From positions 88,125 to 152,124 of the forward strand of contig JBKPHM010000047.1 in the NCBI GenBank assembly GCA_046729855.1: a DNA stretch of 64,000 nucleotides, written 5' to 3'. This stretch comes from Actinomycetota bacterium. Lineage in GTDB: Bacteria > Actinomycetota > UBA4738 > HRBIN12. A program made the position numbers and the translations under genes. Each line of letters starts with the position of its first letter. Positions within the stretch are counted from its first letter, which is position 1. A model generated the notes under the pieces. It ran no database searches, had not been told where the DNA came from, and was given only the letters and a program-made list of their open reading frames with translations. Positions 10,296 to 18,548 of this stretch are shown piece by piece.

Positions 10296-11422
10296 CGCCC
10301 CGGGTCCTGTTCGACGCGACGTCGCTGCCGCCGAGGCCGGCCGGCGTCGGCCAGTACATCCTGAACCTGCTCGCCCACCTCGCGCGGCGCCCCGAGGACC
10401 TCGATCTGCACGTAGCCGTCAAGCGCGCAGACGTTCAGTTGGTCGCCCGAGCCGCGCCGGGCGCCACGCTGCACGAGACGGCGATCATCGCCCGCCCCCT
10501 GCGCCTGGCGTGGGAGCAGACGGTGTTGCCGCAACTGGCGCGACGCATAGGCGCCGACCTCGTGCACGGCCCGCACTACACGCTCCCGCTGCTGCCGGGT
10601 CCGGCAGCGGTCGTGACGTTCCACGATCCGACGTTCTTCACCGATCCAGAGTTGCACGAGCGCTCGAAGGTCGCGTACTTCCGGGCGATGACCAGGCTCG
10701 CGACGCGTCGGGCCGCCCGAGTGATCGCCGTGTCGCAGTACGCGCGGGCCGCGGCCGAGCGCTTCTCGCACGCGGACCCCGGCCGGATCGACACCGTGTA
10801 CCTCGGCGTCGACGTGCAGCGGTACGCGACGGAGGGCGACCCCGACGCCGACGAACGGCTCAGGTCGGCGCTCGGCGTCGCGCTGCCGTACGTGCTGTGG
10901 ATCGGGACGATCGAGCCGCGGAAGGACCTGCCAACGCTGGTCGAGGCGTTCGCCTCGCTCGCTGCCAATACCGGGCATCGGCTGGTGATCGCCGGGCAGC
11001 CGGGGTGGGGCGTGGACGCATTCGAGACGGCGCTCGAGCGCAGCGGGACGCGCGAACGTATCGTGCGCATCGGGTACGTGACCGAGGAACAAAAGCTCGC
11101 GCTGTACCGTGGCGCCGACGTCCTGGCCTATCCGTCGATTGCCGAGGGCTTCGGGATTCAGGTCGTCGAGGCGATGGCCGCCGGCTGTCCGGTGGTGACG
11201 ACGACCGGCTCGGCGCCCGAGGAGGTGGGGGCCGACGCCGTACTCCTCGTGCGGCCCCGCGACGCGGCGCAGCTCGCCGCCGCGCTCGAGCGGGTCCTGA
11301 ACGACGCCGGCACGCGCGCGACGCTGATCGAACGCGGGCTCGCGCGGGCGCGCTCGTTCGACTGGAGCCGGACCGCCGACGGCACCGTCGGGAGCTACCG
11401 GCGCGCCCTCGGCGTCCGGTGA
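10292..11422 (+). CDS. Glycosyltransferase family 4
   Basis: GTG at 10292 inside the chimeric 7646..11422 ORF. Motifs GVGQYILNL, RKDLPTLVEAF and EGFGIQVVEAMAAGCPVVTT. Confidence 0.85.
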   Translation: MTPRVLFDATSLPPRPAGVGQYILNLLAHLARRPEDLDLHVAVKRADVQLVARAAPGATLHETAIIARPLRLAWEQTVLPQLARRIGADLVHGPHYTLPLLPGPAAVVTFHDPTFFTDPELHERSKVAYFRAMTRLATRRAARVIAVSQYARAAAERFSHADPGRIDTVYLGVDVQRYATEGDPDADERLRSALGVALPYVLWIGTIEPRKDLPTLVEAFASLAANTGHRLVIAGQPGWGVDAFETALERSGTRERIVRIGYVTEEQKLALYRGADVLAYPSIAEGFGIQVVEAMAAGCPVVTTTGSAPEEVGADAVLLVRPRDAAQLAAALERVLNDAGTRATLIERGLARARSFDWSRTADGTVGSYRRALGVR

Positions 11423-11428
11423 AGGCGC

Positions 11429-12289
11429 TCACGCGTAGTCGTAGAACCCCTTGCCCGTCTTCCGTCCGAGGTGGCCGGCCGTCACCATCCGCTTCAACAA
11501 CGGCGGCGGCGCGAACCGGGCGTCCCGAAACTCCTCGTACAGCACGTTCGCGATCTGCAGGCACGTGTCGAGCCCGATCAGGTCCGCCAACCGCAGCGGG
11601 CCCATCGGGTGGTTCAGCCCGAGGTGGATCGCCGTGTCGACGTCCTCGCGAGTGGCGAACCCTTCCTCGATCATGCGGATCGCATCGTTCAGGTACGGGA
11701 TCAGCAGCGCGTTCACGATGAACCCCGCGCGATCGCGGGAGAGCACCACGGTCTTGCCGAGCCTCTCGCCGAACGCACACGCGAACGCGACCGTCTCGTC
11801 CGACGTCGTGATCGATCGGACGATCTCGATCAGCGCCATCATTGGGACCGGGTTGAACCAATGCATCCCGACCACGCGGTCCGGCCGCCCGGTTGCCGCG
11901 CCCAGGTCGACGATCGGGATCGACGACGTGTTGCTGCCGAGCACGACCTCCGGACGTACGACGCGGTCGAGGTCGCGGAAGAGGCCAGCCTTGATCCCGG
12001 GGTCCTCGGTGGCCGCCTCGAGCACGAGGTCCACGTCGGACAGATCGTCGATCGACGTCGTCCCGCGGACGCGGCCGAGCGCCGCCTCGCGGTCCGGGGC
12101 GGTGATCGTTCCGCGTCCGACCGCGCGGTCCAGAGACACCTCCAGGCGCTGACGGCCGCGTTCGACGAGGTCTGGCCTCGCCTCGAGGTAGACCACGTCG
12201 AGCCCGGCGCCGGCGGTCACCTCGACGATGCCGGCGCCCATGACGCCGCACCCGATCACGCCGACGCGCTCGACGTCCTCGGCCCTCAC
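11429..12289 (-). CDS. hbd: 3-hydroxybutyryl-CoA / 3-hydroxyacyl-CoA dehydrogenase
   Basis: VGVIGCGVMGAGI Rossmann motif, GFIVNALLIPYLN, NHPMGPLRLADLIGLD. Confidence 0.9.
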   Translation of the reverse strand: MRAEDVERVGVIGCGVMGAGIVEVTAGAGLDVVYLEARPDLVERGRQRLEVSLDRAVGRGTITAPDREAALGRVRGTTSIDDLSDVDLVLEAATEDPGIKAGLFRDLDRVVRPEVVLGSNTSSIPIVDLGAATGRPDRVVGMHWFNPVPMMALIEIVRSITTSDETVAFACAFGERLGKTVVLSRDRAGFIVNALLIPYLNDAIRMIEEGFATREDVDTAIHLGLNHPMGPLRLADLIGLDTCLQIANVLYEEFRDARFAPPPLLKRMVTAGHLGRKTGKGFYDYA

Positions 12290-12370
12290 GGCCGCTCCGT
12301 GACGAGGGTCCTCATGCGAAGCCGAAGCCTACTGGCTCCCTACCTACCGGGAGACGGTGGGCTCCGACGG

Positions 12371-13603
12371 TCAGCAGACGGCCTGGAGCAGCGGCCAGGG
12401 GTTGACCGCCGGGGACGAGCCGGTATCGATCACCGAGTACCCATAGGGGCTCGCCGGCCACTCGTTGGGATCCGGTGTGACCTTCGGATGCCACTCGAAG
12501 TGATCGTGCGGCGTGTTCGTGTCCCCCGTCTCGCCGACGTACCCGATCACGTCGCCGGCCTTGACCGGACCGTCGGACTTCGCCGAGTACCCAGACAGAT
12601 GCGCGTTGTACACGTAGCCGTGCGCCCCGTACACGTACACGGCGCTGCCGCCGAGCGTGTTGTACGAGGATCTCGCGTAGCCGTCGAAGGGCGCGCGGAC
12701 GTTCGTGCCCATCGGCGCGATGATGTCGTTCCCGGCGTGCGGGTGGTAGCCGCCCGCGTAGCGCGGCGCGCCGAAGCCGTCGTAGAGCGCCCGGGGCTGG
12801 TCGACGGGGCAGTATTTGAAAACGCCGCTCGCGGCCGGGCCCAGCCCGGCCGCGGCGGCGAGCCGCCGCTCCCACTGCTCCTTCTCCCGCAGCTTCTCCT
12901 TGGCGATCCTCTCGGCACGCGCCATCTTCGACCGGAGGTCGTCGTACAGACGTTGCTGTTCCTCGAGCCGAGCCGCGAGCTCGGCCCTGTCCTTGTTCAC
13001 GGCCTGGAGCGCCTCGGCCTGCTTTTTGGCGAGGCGCTCCTGGTCGCGCAGCTTGGCCGAGAGCTCGTTCTTCAGGTTCTGGTACTGGTTCGCTAGGTCG
13101 GCATCCGAACGCGTGAGCGCGTCGACGTACTCCATCCTCGCGGACAGGTCCGCGAACGACGTCGCCCCCAGCACGAACTCGAGGTTGCTCGCGGGTCCAG
13201 CCATGAACGTCTCGCGGGCACGGTCGTTGAGGCGCGCCTCGAGCTCGGCGTACTCGTCCTGCGCCTCGGCGAGCGCGGACCTGGTCTCGCGAAGGGCCGA
13301 CACGATCAGCTCGAACCGTGCCTCGGCAATCTGGACCCTCTCCCAGAGCCTGGCGGCCTCGGCGGACCGAGCGTCGAGCCGACGCCGCGTGGCGGCGATC
13401 TGCTTCTCGAGGCGCGCGACCTCCGCCTTCGCGTCGGCGTAGGCCTCCTTCGGCGACCTCGCGATCGCGGCCGGAGCGAAGAGGCCCAGCAGGGCGATGG
13501 CCGAAACGACGCCGAGCAGGCGGCGCGCGAGGACCCCGGATCGCTCCCGCGGTTCGGCCATGGGGAAGGCCCTTCTGTACCGGACGAGTTGCGGTGCTGT
13601 CAA
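12371..13603 (-). CDS. Secreted M23 family metallopeptidase with N-terminal coiled coil
   Basis: Signal/TM segment, a long coiled-coil region, and a C-terminal HAGNDIIAPMGTNVRAPFDG...GDTNTPHDHFE M23 signature. Confidence 0.85.
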   Translation of the reverse strand: MTAPQLVRYRRAFPMAEPRERSGVLARRLLGVVSAIALLGLFAPAAIARSPKEAYADAKAEVARLEKQIAATRRRLDARSAEAARLWERVQIAEARFELIVSALRETRSALAEAQDEYAELEARLNDRARETFMAGPASNLEFVLGATSFADLSARMEYVDALTRSDADLANQYQNLKNELSAKLRDQERLAKKQAEALQAVNKDRAELAARLEEQQRLYDDLRSKMARAERIAKEKLREKEQWERRLAAAAGLGPAASGVFKYCPVDQPRALYDGFGAPRYAGGYHPHAGNDIIAPMGTNVRAPFDGYARSSYNTLGGSAVYVYGAHGYVYNAHLSGYSAKSDGPVKAGDVIGYVGETGDTNTPHDHFEWHPKVTPDPNEWPASPYGYSVIDTGSSPAVNPWPLLQAVC

Positions 13604-13690
13604 CCTGAAACTCCCAGCGTGGACCCCCCCGATTGGCGCGGTTCAAACACCAGGTCGGCCGAACGCCGCCCGCGCTTGAGCCGAGCGGGC

Positions 13691-14842
13691 CTAGAGCTCC
13701 GTCTCGGGCAGCCCCAGCGACCGCGCAATCAGGACGCGCTGGATCTCGCTGGTCCCCTCGCCGATCTCGAGCACCTTGGCGTCGCGGTAGAACCGCGCGA
13801 CCGGGAACTCCTCGATGAAGCCGTAGCCCCCGTGGATCTGGACGGCCTCGCGGGCGCAGTCGACCGCGATCTCGCTCGAGTACAGCTTGGCCATCGCGGC
13901 CTCGGTCTTGAATGGCCGCTGCCGATCGCGCAGCCACGCGGCCCGCAGGTAGGCCAGCCGCGCGTTCTCGACGGCCACCTTCATATCGGCGATCTTGAAC
14001 TGGAGCCCCTCGAAGCCGCCGATCGGACGGCCGAACGCCTCGCGCTCGGTCGCATACCGCACGCTCTCGTCGAGGCACCCCTGCGCCAGCCCGGTCGCGA
14101 GAGCGGCGATGGCGACTCGGCCGTCGTCGAGGACCTCGAGGAACTGCGCGTAGCCGTGGCCGCGCTCTCCGAGCAGGTTCTCCCTCGGGACGCGGACGCC
14201 GCCGAACGAGAGCTCGTGCGTGTCGCTCGCGTGCCAGCCGAGCTTGCGGTACGGCGGCCCCACCCGGAGCCCGGGCGTGTCCGTCGGGACGAGGATCGCG
14301 CTCAGCCCTCCCGCCTCCTCGTCGATCGCCGCGACCGTGCACACCTTCGACAGCGGGGTTCCCGAGTTCGTGATGAACGCCTTGCTTCCGTCGATCACCC
14401 ACTGATCGCCGTCGAGGCGGGCCCGGGTCGAGAGCGACCGCACGTCCGTGCCGCCTCCTGGCTCCGTCAGGGCGAAACAACCCAGGACCTCGCCGCGGCA
14501 CATCGGTGGGAGCCACCTCGCGCGCTGCTCGGGTGTGCCGAACCGGTGGATCGGGTTGGCGCCGAGCCCGACCGCGGCCTCCAGCGTGATCGCGACCGAC
14601 GAATCGACGCGCGCGAGCTCCTCGATGCACAGGCACAGCGTGACGAGGTCCGCCCCGAGCCCCCCGTCCTCCTCGGGGAACGGCACCCCGAAGAGCCCGA
14701 GCTCGCCCATCTGCCGGACGATCTCGAGGGGGAACTCGTGATCGCGATCGAGCCGCTCGGCCTGCGGCGCGACGACCTCGTCGGCGAACGCGCGGACCGC
14801 GGCGCGCAGGTCGCGCTGCTCCGGCGTGAGGTCGAAGTCCAC
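13691..14842 (-). CDS. Acyl-CoA dehydrogenase
   Basis: Full-length ACAD pattern: CFALTEPGGGTD, KAFITNSG, QIHGGYGFIEEFPVARFYRDAKVLEIGEGTSEIQ. Confidence 0.92.
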   Translation of the reverse strand: MDFDLTPEQRDLRAAVRAFADEVVAPQAERLDRDHEFPLEIVRQMGELGLFGVPFPEEDGGLGADLVTLCLCIEELARVDSSVAITLEAAVGLGANPIHRFGTPEQRARWLPPMCRGEVLGCFALTEPGGGTDVRSLSTRARLDGDQWVIDGSKAFITNSGTPLSKVCTVAAIDEEAGGLSAILVPTDTPGLRVGPPYRKLGWHASDTHELSFGGVRVPRENLLGERGHGYAQFLEVLDDGRVAIAALATGLAQGCLDESVRYATEREAFGRPIGGFEGLQFKIADMKVAVENARLAYLRAAWLRDRQRPFKTEAAMAKLYSSEIAVDCAREAVQIHGGYGFIEEFPVARFYRDAKVLEIGEGTSEIQRVLIARSLGLPETEL

Positions 14843-14890
14843 GGGCGAAAGGGTAGCCGTCCCCCCGGCGGATACTGGGCCGGCCCCGAC

Positions 14891-17800
14891 CTAAACGGTC
14901 GAGGCGTTGGCGATCAGGTCGGGCTCGCGGAGCGCCTGCTCCTGGTGGCCGCTCGCGAGGAGCTCGCGGACACGCTCGAGATGCTCGTCGCCGCCCACGA
15001 CATCGGCGCCGAAGAGCCGACCGACCCACCACTCGGCGGCCGCGATCGTCCCCTCGAGGCCCCGGTCGCGCTCGATCGCGAGCGCGGCCATGGCCCGTTC
15101 CAGCGCGCCCTCGCGATCCCCCTCGGCGAGGAACACGACGGACTCCGCGGTCAGCAGGTCAGACTGCCGGTCGGGGTTCTCCATCGCGACGCCGGAGGCC
15201 TCGCCGATCACCTGGCGCGCGGCGGCCGTGTCGCTCGCCATCACGAGGACGTGAGCGAGCGAACTGGCCGTCCACGAGATCATGCTCCGGTCCTGCACGT
15301 CGCGGAACAGCCGGAACGCCTCCCGCAGGTCGCGCAGCGCCGCATCGGTCCTGCCCGCGAGCCGGTGCAGATTGCCGCGGGAGGTGAGGGCGCTCGCCAG
15401 CTCCCACCGCGCGCCGAGGTCGCGCAGCGTGGCCACGGCTACGTCCAGGTGCGGGAGCGCCTCGTCCAACCGCATCATCCGGCGCAGGGCGTTGCCGACG
15501 ACCTCCCGCGCCGTCGCCTCGGAGAAGCGGTCGCCCTTCGACGCGGCGATCTCGAGGGCCTGCGAGCCGAGCAGCAGCACGTCCTCCTGGTCGCCGACCG
15601 GCTCGACGAACCCAGCCAGGGTGATCAGCGCGCGCGACTCGCCCCACGGGTCGGACCCGGGCGCGGCCCGCGCGATCTCGAGCGCCTCCTCGACCATCGC
15701 GCGAGCCGTCGGGAGGTCGTCCCGCCAGTAGGGGGCCCACGCCGCCTGGAGCAGCGTCCGCAACAGGATCCGTCCGTCACCGTGTTGTCTCGCCGCCGCC
15801 AGGGCGCTGTCGAAGTCCTCGAACGCCTTGTCCGGGTTGCCACGGACCGACAGCTCGATGTCACCAAGGAACCGCGACGCGTGCGCACGGATCACCGGGT
15901 CCTCGCTCCCGATCTCGAGCGCTCGCCGGAGCGGCGCCACGGCAGCTTCGAACTCGCCCAGCCAGTAGCGCGCCTCGCCCAGCCGCGACAGAACGCGGGC
16001 CTGCTCGATCCCCCACCCGCGTTCGGGACCCGAGAGCGTCAGCGCGCGCTCGTAGAGGTCGGCGGCGGGGCGTGGCTCCGAGTTGTCCATCGCGACGTCG
16101 GCGGCACGCACGAGCGCCGTGATCGCGCGTTCCGCGAGCGTCCGGTCGCGGGGATCGAGGTCGAGCGACTCGCGGGCCGCACGCTCCCTGTGATACGCGA
16201 TCGCGCGCGGATAGCGCGCGGCCGTCCCGGGGTCGCCCTCGAGGCCGTCCGCCACCACATTGTGCAGCCGCAGGCGCTCGCGCTTGGGGAGGCTGTCGTA
16301 CGCGACGTCGCGCACCAGCCCGTGCCGGAACCGCCACACCTCCGGCCGCTCGTCGTCGCGCGCGAGCAGCTCCTCCTCCTCCAGGAGCTTGAGCACCTGC
16401 TCGTCGGGCTCGCAGATCAGCGCGAGCTCCGACAGATCGAAGCTCGAGCGAGCGAACACCGATGCCTTCCTGACGACGTCGCGAGCGTCGCTCGGGAGGT
16501 GGTCGATCCGGGAGGCGATCACGGCCTGCACCGTAGGCGGCAGCAGCAGCTCGGTCAGCGGCGCCGCGTCAGGCGGCAGCTCCGCCTGGCGATGCAGCAG
16601 CATGCTGGTCGTCTCGACAATGAAGAACGGGTTGCCGCCGGCGTGTCGCGCGATGCGCTCGGCCGTGCGCTCGTCGAGGTGCTCGCCAGCCTCCCTCGCC
16701 AACATGACCGCGTCGTCGACTGACATCGGCTCGAGGTACAGGTTCACGGAGTCGCCGAGCCCGCCGCCCCACTCGGGGCGTTCGTCGAGCAGGTCGAACC
16801 GCGCGACGACGAGCACCACGAGCGGCACGTCCTTCGCCTCCCGCACGACCTGCTCGACCACGTCCAGCAGCGGCGGATCAGCCAGATGCATGTCCTCGAA
16901 GATCAGCACGACCGTCCCCGTGCGAGCGAGCCCTTCGAGGAGCCGCAGGAGGCCGGCCCGGATCTCGGCCACGCGATAGCGGCGGTCCTCCCGCGTTTCG
17001 CTGCCCAGTCCGACGACGAGGCCGAGGCGCGCCGCGACGAGCTTCGCTTCGTCGACCGGACAGCACGCGTTCACCAGCTCGTCCAGACGGTCACGCAGCT
17101 CGCTGGGCGGGGCGTCGGGCTGGACGCCCATCTCCTGGAGCAGCATCTGCCCGATCGCCGCGAATGTGACGTCCTCCTCGAATGCGCTCGCCCGCCCCTG
17201 CAGGACCCGCGTCGCCTCCGGCAGCCCTCCGACGAATTCCTCGACCAGCCGGCTCTTGCCGATCCCAGGTTCGCCGACGAGCGTCACGACGTGACCCCGC
17301 CGCGACTCGGCCGCGCGTTCGAGCGTCTCGGTCAGCATTCGTAGCTCGCGCCGCCGGTCGACGAACGCGATCGTGCGGCCCTTGTCTCGCGCCGACAGCG
17401 ACGTCACCGCGTAGAGCCGGAGCGCCTCGTCGAAGCCCTCCGCCTCGACGTCCCGTCGCTCGCCGAACTCCACGACATCTCGCGTGAGCATCCACGTCGT
17501 CTCGCCGACGACGACCGTGTCGGGATCCGCCGCCTGCTGGAGTCGCGCGGCGGCGTTCACGACGGCGCCGAACAGCAGGCCGCGCTCGGCGGCCTCGGAC
17601 CCGATTGCGACCGGCCCGGTATTGACGCCGACGCGGACAGGGAGCGCGAGGGGGAGACCGAGCGCGCCGCCGATCCGTCCGACGCGCTCGACGACGCGCA
17701 GCCCGGCCCGGACCGCGCGAAAGGCATCGTCGGCGTGCGTCTGCGGCAGCCCGAACACGCCGACCACCGCGTCGCCCGCGAAGTTGTACGCCTGTCCCCC

Positions 17801-18037
17801 GAGCGCCGCGAGCTCCTCGGTGACGAGCTGGTAGTACGCCGCGATCACCTCGCGGTACGCCTCCGGATCGATCGCGCTGGACAGCCGCGTCGAGCCGACG
17901 AGGTCCGTGAACACGACGGTGACCACCTTGCGCTCCTCCGGCGCCGGCGCGCCGACGGGCAGGCCGCAATTAGGGCAGAACCGCGCTCCCGGGGGCAGCG
18001 GCTGGCTGCATCGCGGACAGGTCGCCTGGCTCACCAA
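14891..18037 (-). CDS. Zn-ribbon / class III nucleotidyl cyclase / AAA(STAND-type) ATPase / TPR multidomain protein
   Basis: CPRCS..CPNCG at the N-terminus. Cyclase motifs VVFTDLVGST, AGDAVVGVFG and VNAAARL. Walker A is GEPGIGKSRL. The long C-terminal helical-repeat region is TPR-like. There is no C-terminal HTH. Confidence 0.85.
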   Translation of the reverse strand: MVSQATCPRCSQPLPPGARFCPNCGLPVGAPAPEERKVVTVVFTDLVGSTRLSSAIDPEAYREVIAAYYQLVTEELAALGGQAYNFAGDAVVGVFGLPQTHADDAFRAVRAGLRVVERVGRIGGALGLPLALPVRVGVNTGPVAIGSEAAERGLLFGAVVNAAARLQQAADPDTVVVGETTWMLTRDVVEFGERRDVEAEGFDEALRLYAVTSLSARDKGRTIAFVDRRRELRMLTETLERAAESRRGHVVTLVGEPGIGKSRLVEEFVGGLPEATRVLQGRASAFEEDVTFAAIGQMLLQEMGVQPDAPPSELRDRLDELVNACCPVDEAKLVAARLGLVVGLGSETREDRRYRVAEIRAGLLRLLEGLARTGTVVLIFEDMHLADPPLLDVVEQVVREAKDVPLVVLVVARFDLLDERPEWGGGLGDSVNLYLEPMSVDDAVMLAREAGEHLDERTAERIARHAGGNPFFIVETTSMLLHRQAELPPDAAPLTELLLPPTVQAVIASRIDHLPSDARDVVRKASVFARSSFDLSELALICEPDEQVLKLLEEEELLARDDERPEVWRFRHGLVRDVAYDSLPKRERLRLHNVVADGLEGDPGTAARYPRAIAYHRERAARESLDLDPRDRTLAERAITALVRAADVAMDNSEPRPAADLYERALTLSGPERGWGIEQARVLSRLGEARYWLGEFEAAVAPLRRALEIGSEDPVIRAHASRFLGDIELSVRGNPDKAFEDFDSALAAARQHGDGRILLRTLLQAAWAPYWRDDLPTARAMVEEALEIARAAPGSDPWGESRALITLAGFVEPVGDQEDVLLLGSQALEIAASKGDRFSEATAREVVGNALRRMMRLDEALPHLDVAVATLRDLGARWELASALTSRGNLHRLAGRTDAALRDLREAFRLFRDVQDRSMISWTASSLAHVLVMASDTAAARQVIGEASGVAMENPDRQSDLLTAESVVFLAEGDREGALERAMAALAIERDRGLEGTIAAAEWWVGRLFGADVVGGDEHLERVRELLASGHQEQALREPDLIANASTV

Positions 18038-18061
18038 GCCAGGATACGGGCGGCGGCGCCC

Positions 18062-18547
18062 CTAGCCGCCGTCTCCGGCGTCGACGACGCGGAACCCGAC
18101 GATGTCGTGGATCGACCCGGTCCGCTCGCCGTCGGGCCGCAGGACCGCCTCGACCCGCTCGCCGATCTCGAGCGGCTCGTCGCGCATGTCGACTACGCGG
18201 TGCAACAGAACGGCGTCGGCCCGATCGAGCTGTACCAGCCCGAGGGTCACGGGCTCGTCGAGCGCGCCCCCCTCCACGTCCGTGAACCCGATCGTGAACG
18301 ACCGCACGATGCCACCGGGCCCGACCTCCGTGTCCGCGGCCAGCTCCGCGAAGCACCGCTCGCAGAACAGCCGCGCCGGCACATACGTGTACGCACAGGA
18401 GTCACAACGCGACCCCACGAACACGCCGCGGTCGCGCAGAGCGGTGAAGAAGGCCTCGCCGGCCACACCCGGCGTGTACCGGTGCGCGACCGGCATCCCC
18501 CCGTCCCACCGTCGCACCTCCGCCGGATCCGAGATCCTCTCGAGCAC
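18062..18547 (-). CDS. DUF35 Zn-ribbon/OB-fold protein
   Basis: GTG at 18547, 1 nt after the upstream stop. CDSC...CERC Zn ribbon followed by an OB-like segment (GLVQLDRADAVLLHRVV). Confidence 0.75.
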   Translation of the reverse strand: MLERISDPAEVRRWDGGMPVAHRYTPGVAGEAFFTALRDRGVFVGSRCDSCAYTYVPARLFCERCFAELAADTEVGPGGIVRSFTIGFTDVEGGALDEPVTLGLVQLDRADAVLLHRVVDMRDEPLEIGERVEAVLRPDGERTGSIHDIVGFRVVDAGDGG

Positions 18548-18548
18548 C

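Noticed and set aside
7646-11422. 1258-aa ORF in the track, the longest plus-strand ORF of this region
   Set aside because: Only the last ~376 codons (from GTG 10292) look like a real glycosyltransferase. The upstream part is Arg/Gly/Pro-rich nonsense and runs through the convincingly coding genes at 7341-8351 (another plus frame), 8318-9445 (opposite strand) and 9555-10295 (another plus frame). It is a stop-codon-poor artefact of the high GC content.
13604-13690. Possible c-di-AMP (ydaO-type) riboswitch in front of the M23 cell-wall peptidase
   Set aside because: Cell-wall hydrolases in Actinobacteria are often ydaO-controlled, and the leader contains AATCGGGGGGGTCCA. However, only 87 nt are available before the upstream gene stop, and the other conserved ydaO segments are absent as far as I can see. 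An Infernal scan would settle it.
12312-16723. Very long ORFs 12312..15032 (-) and 13589..16723 (+), 906 and 1044 aa
   Set aside because: Their translations are low-complexity Arg/Pro/Gly/Asp strings with no motifs. They are out-of-frame or antisense to the well-supported M23 peptidase, acyl-CoA dehydrogenase and cyclase genes.
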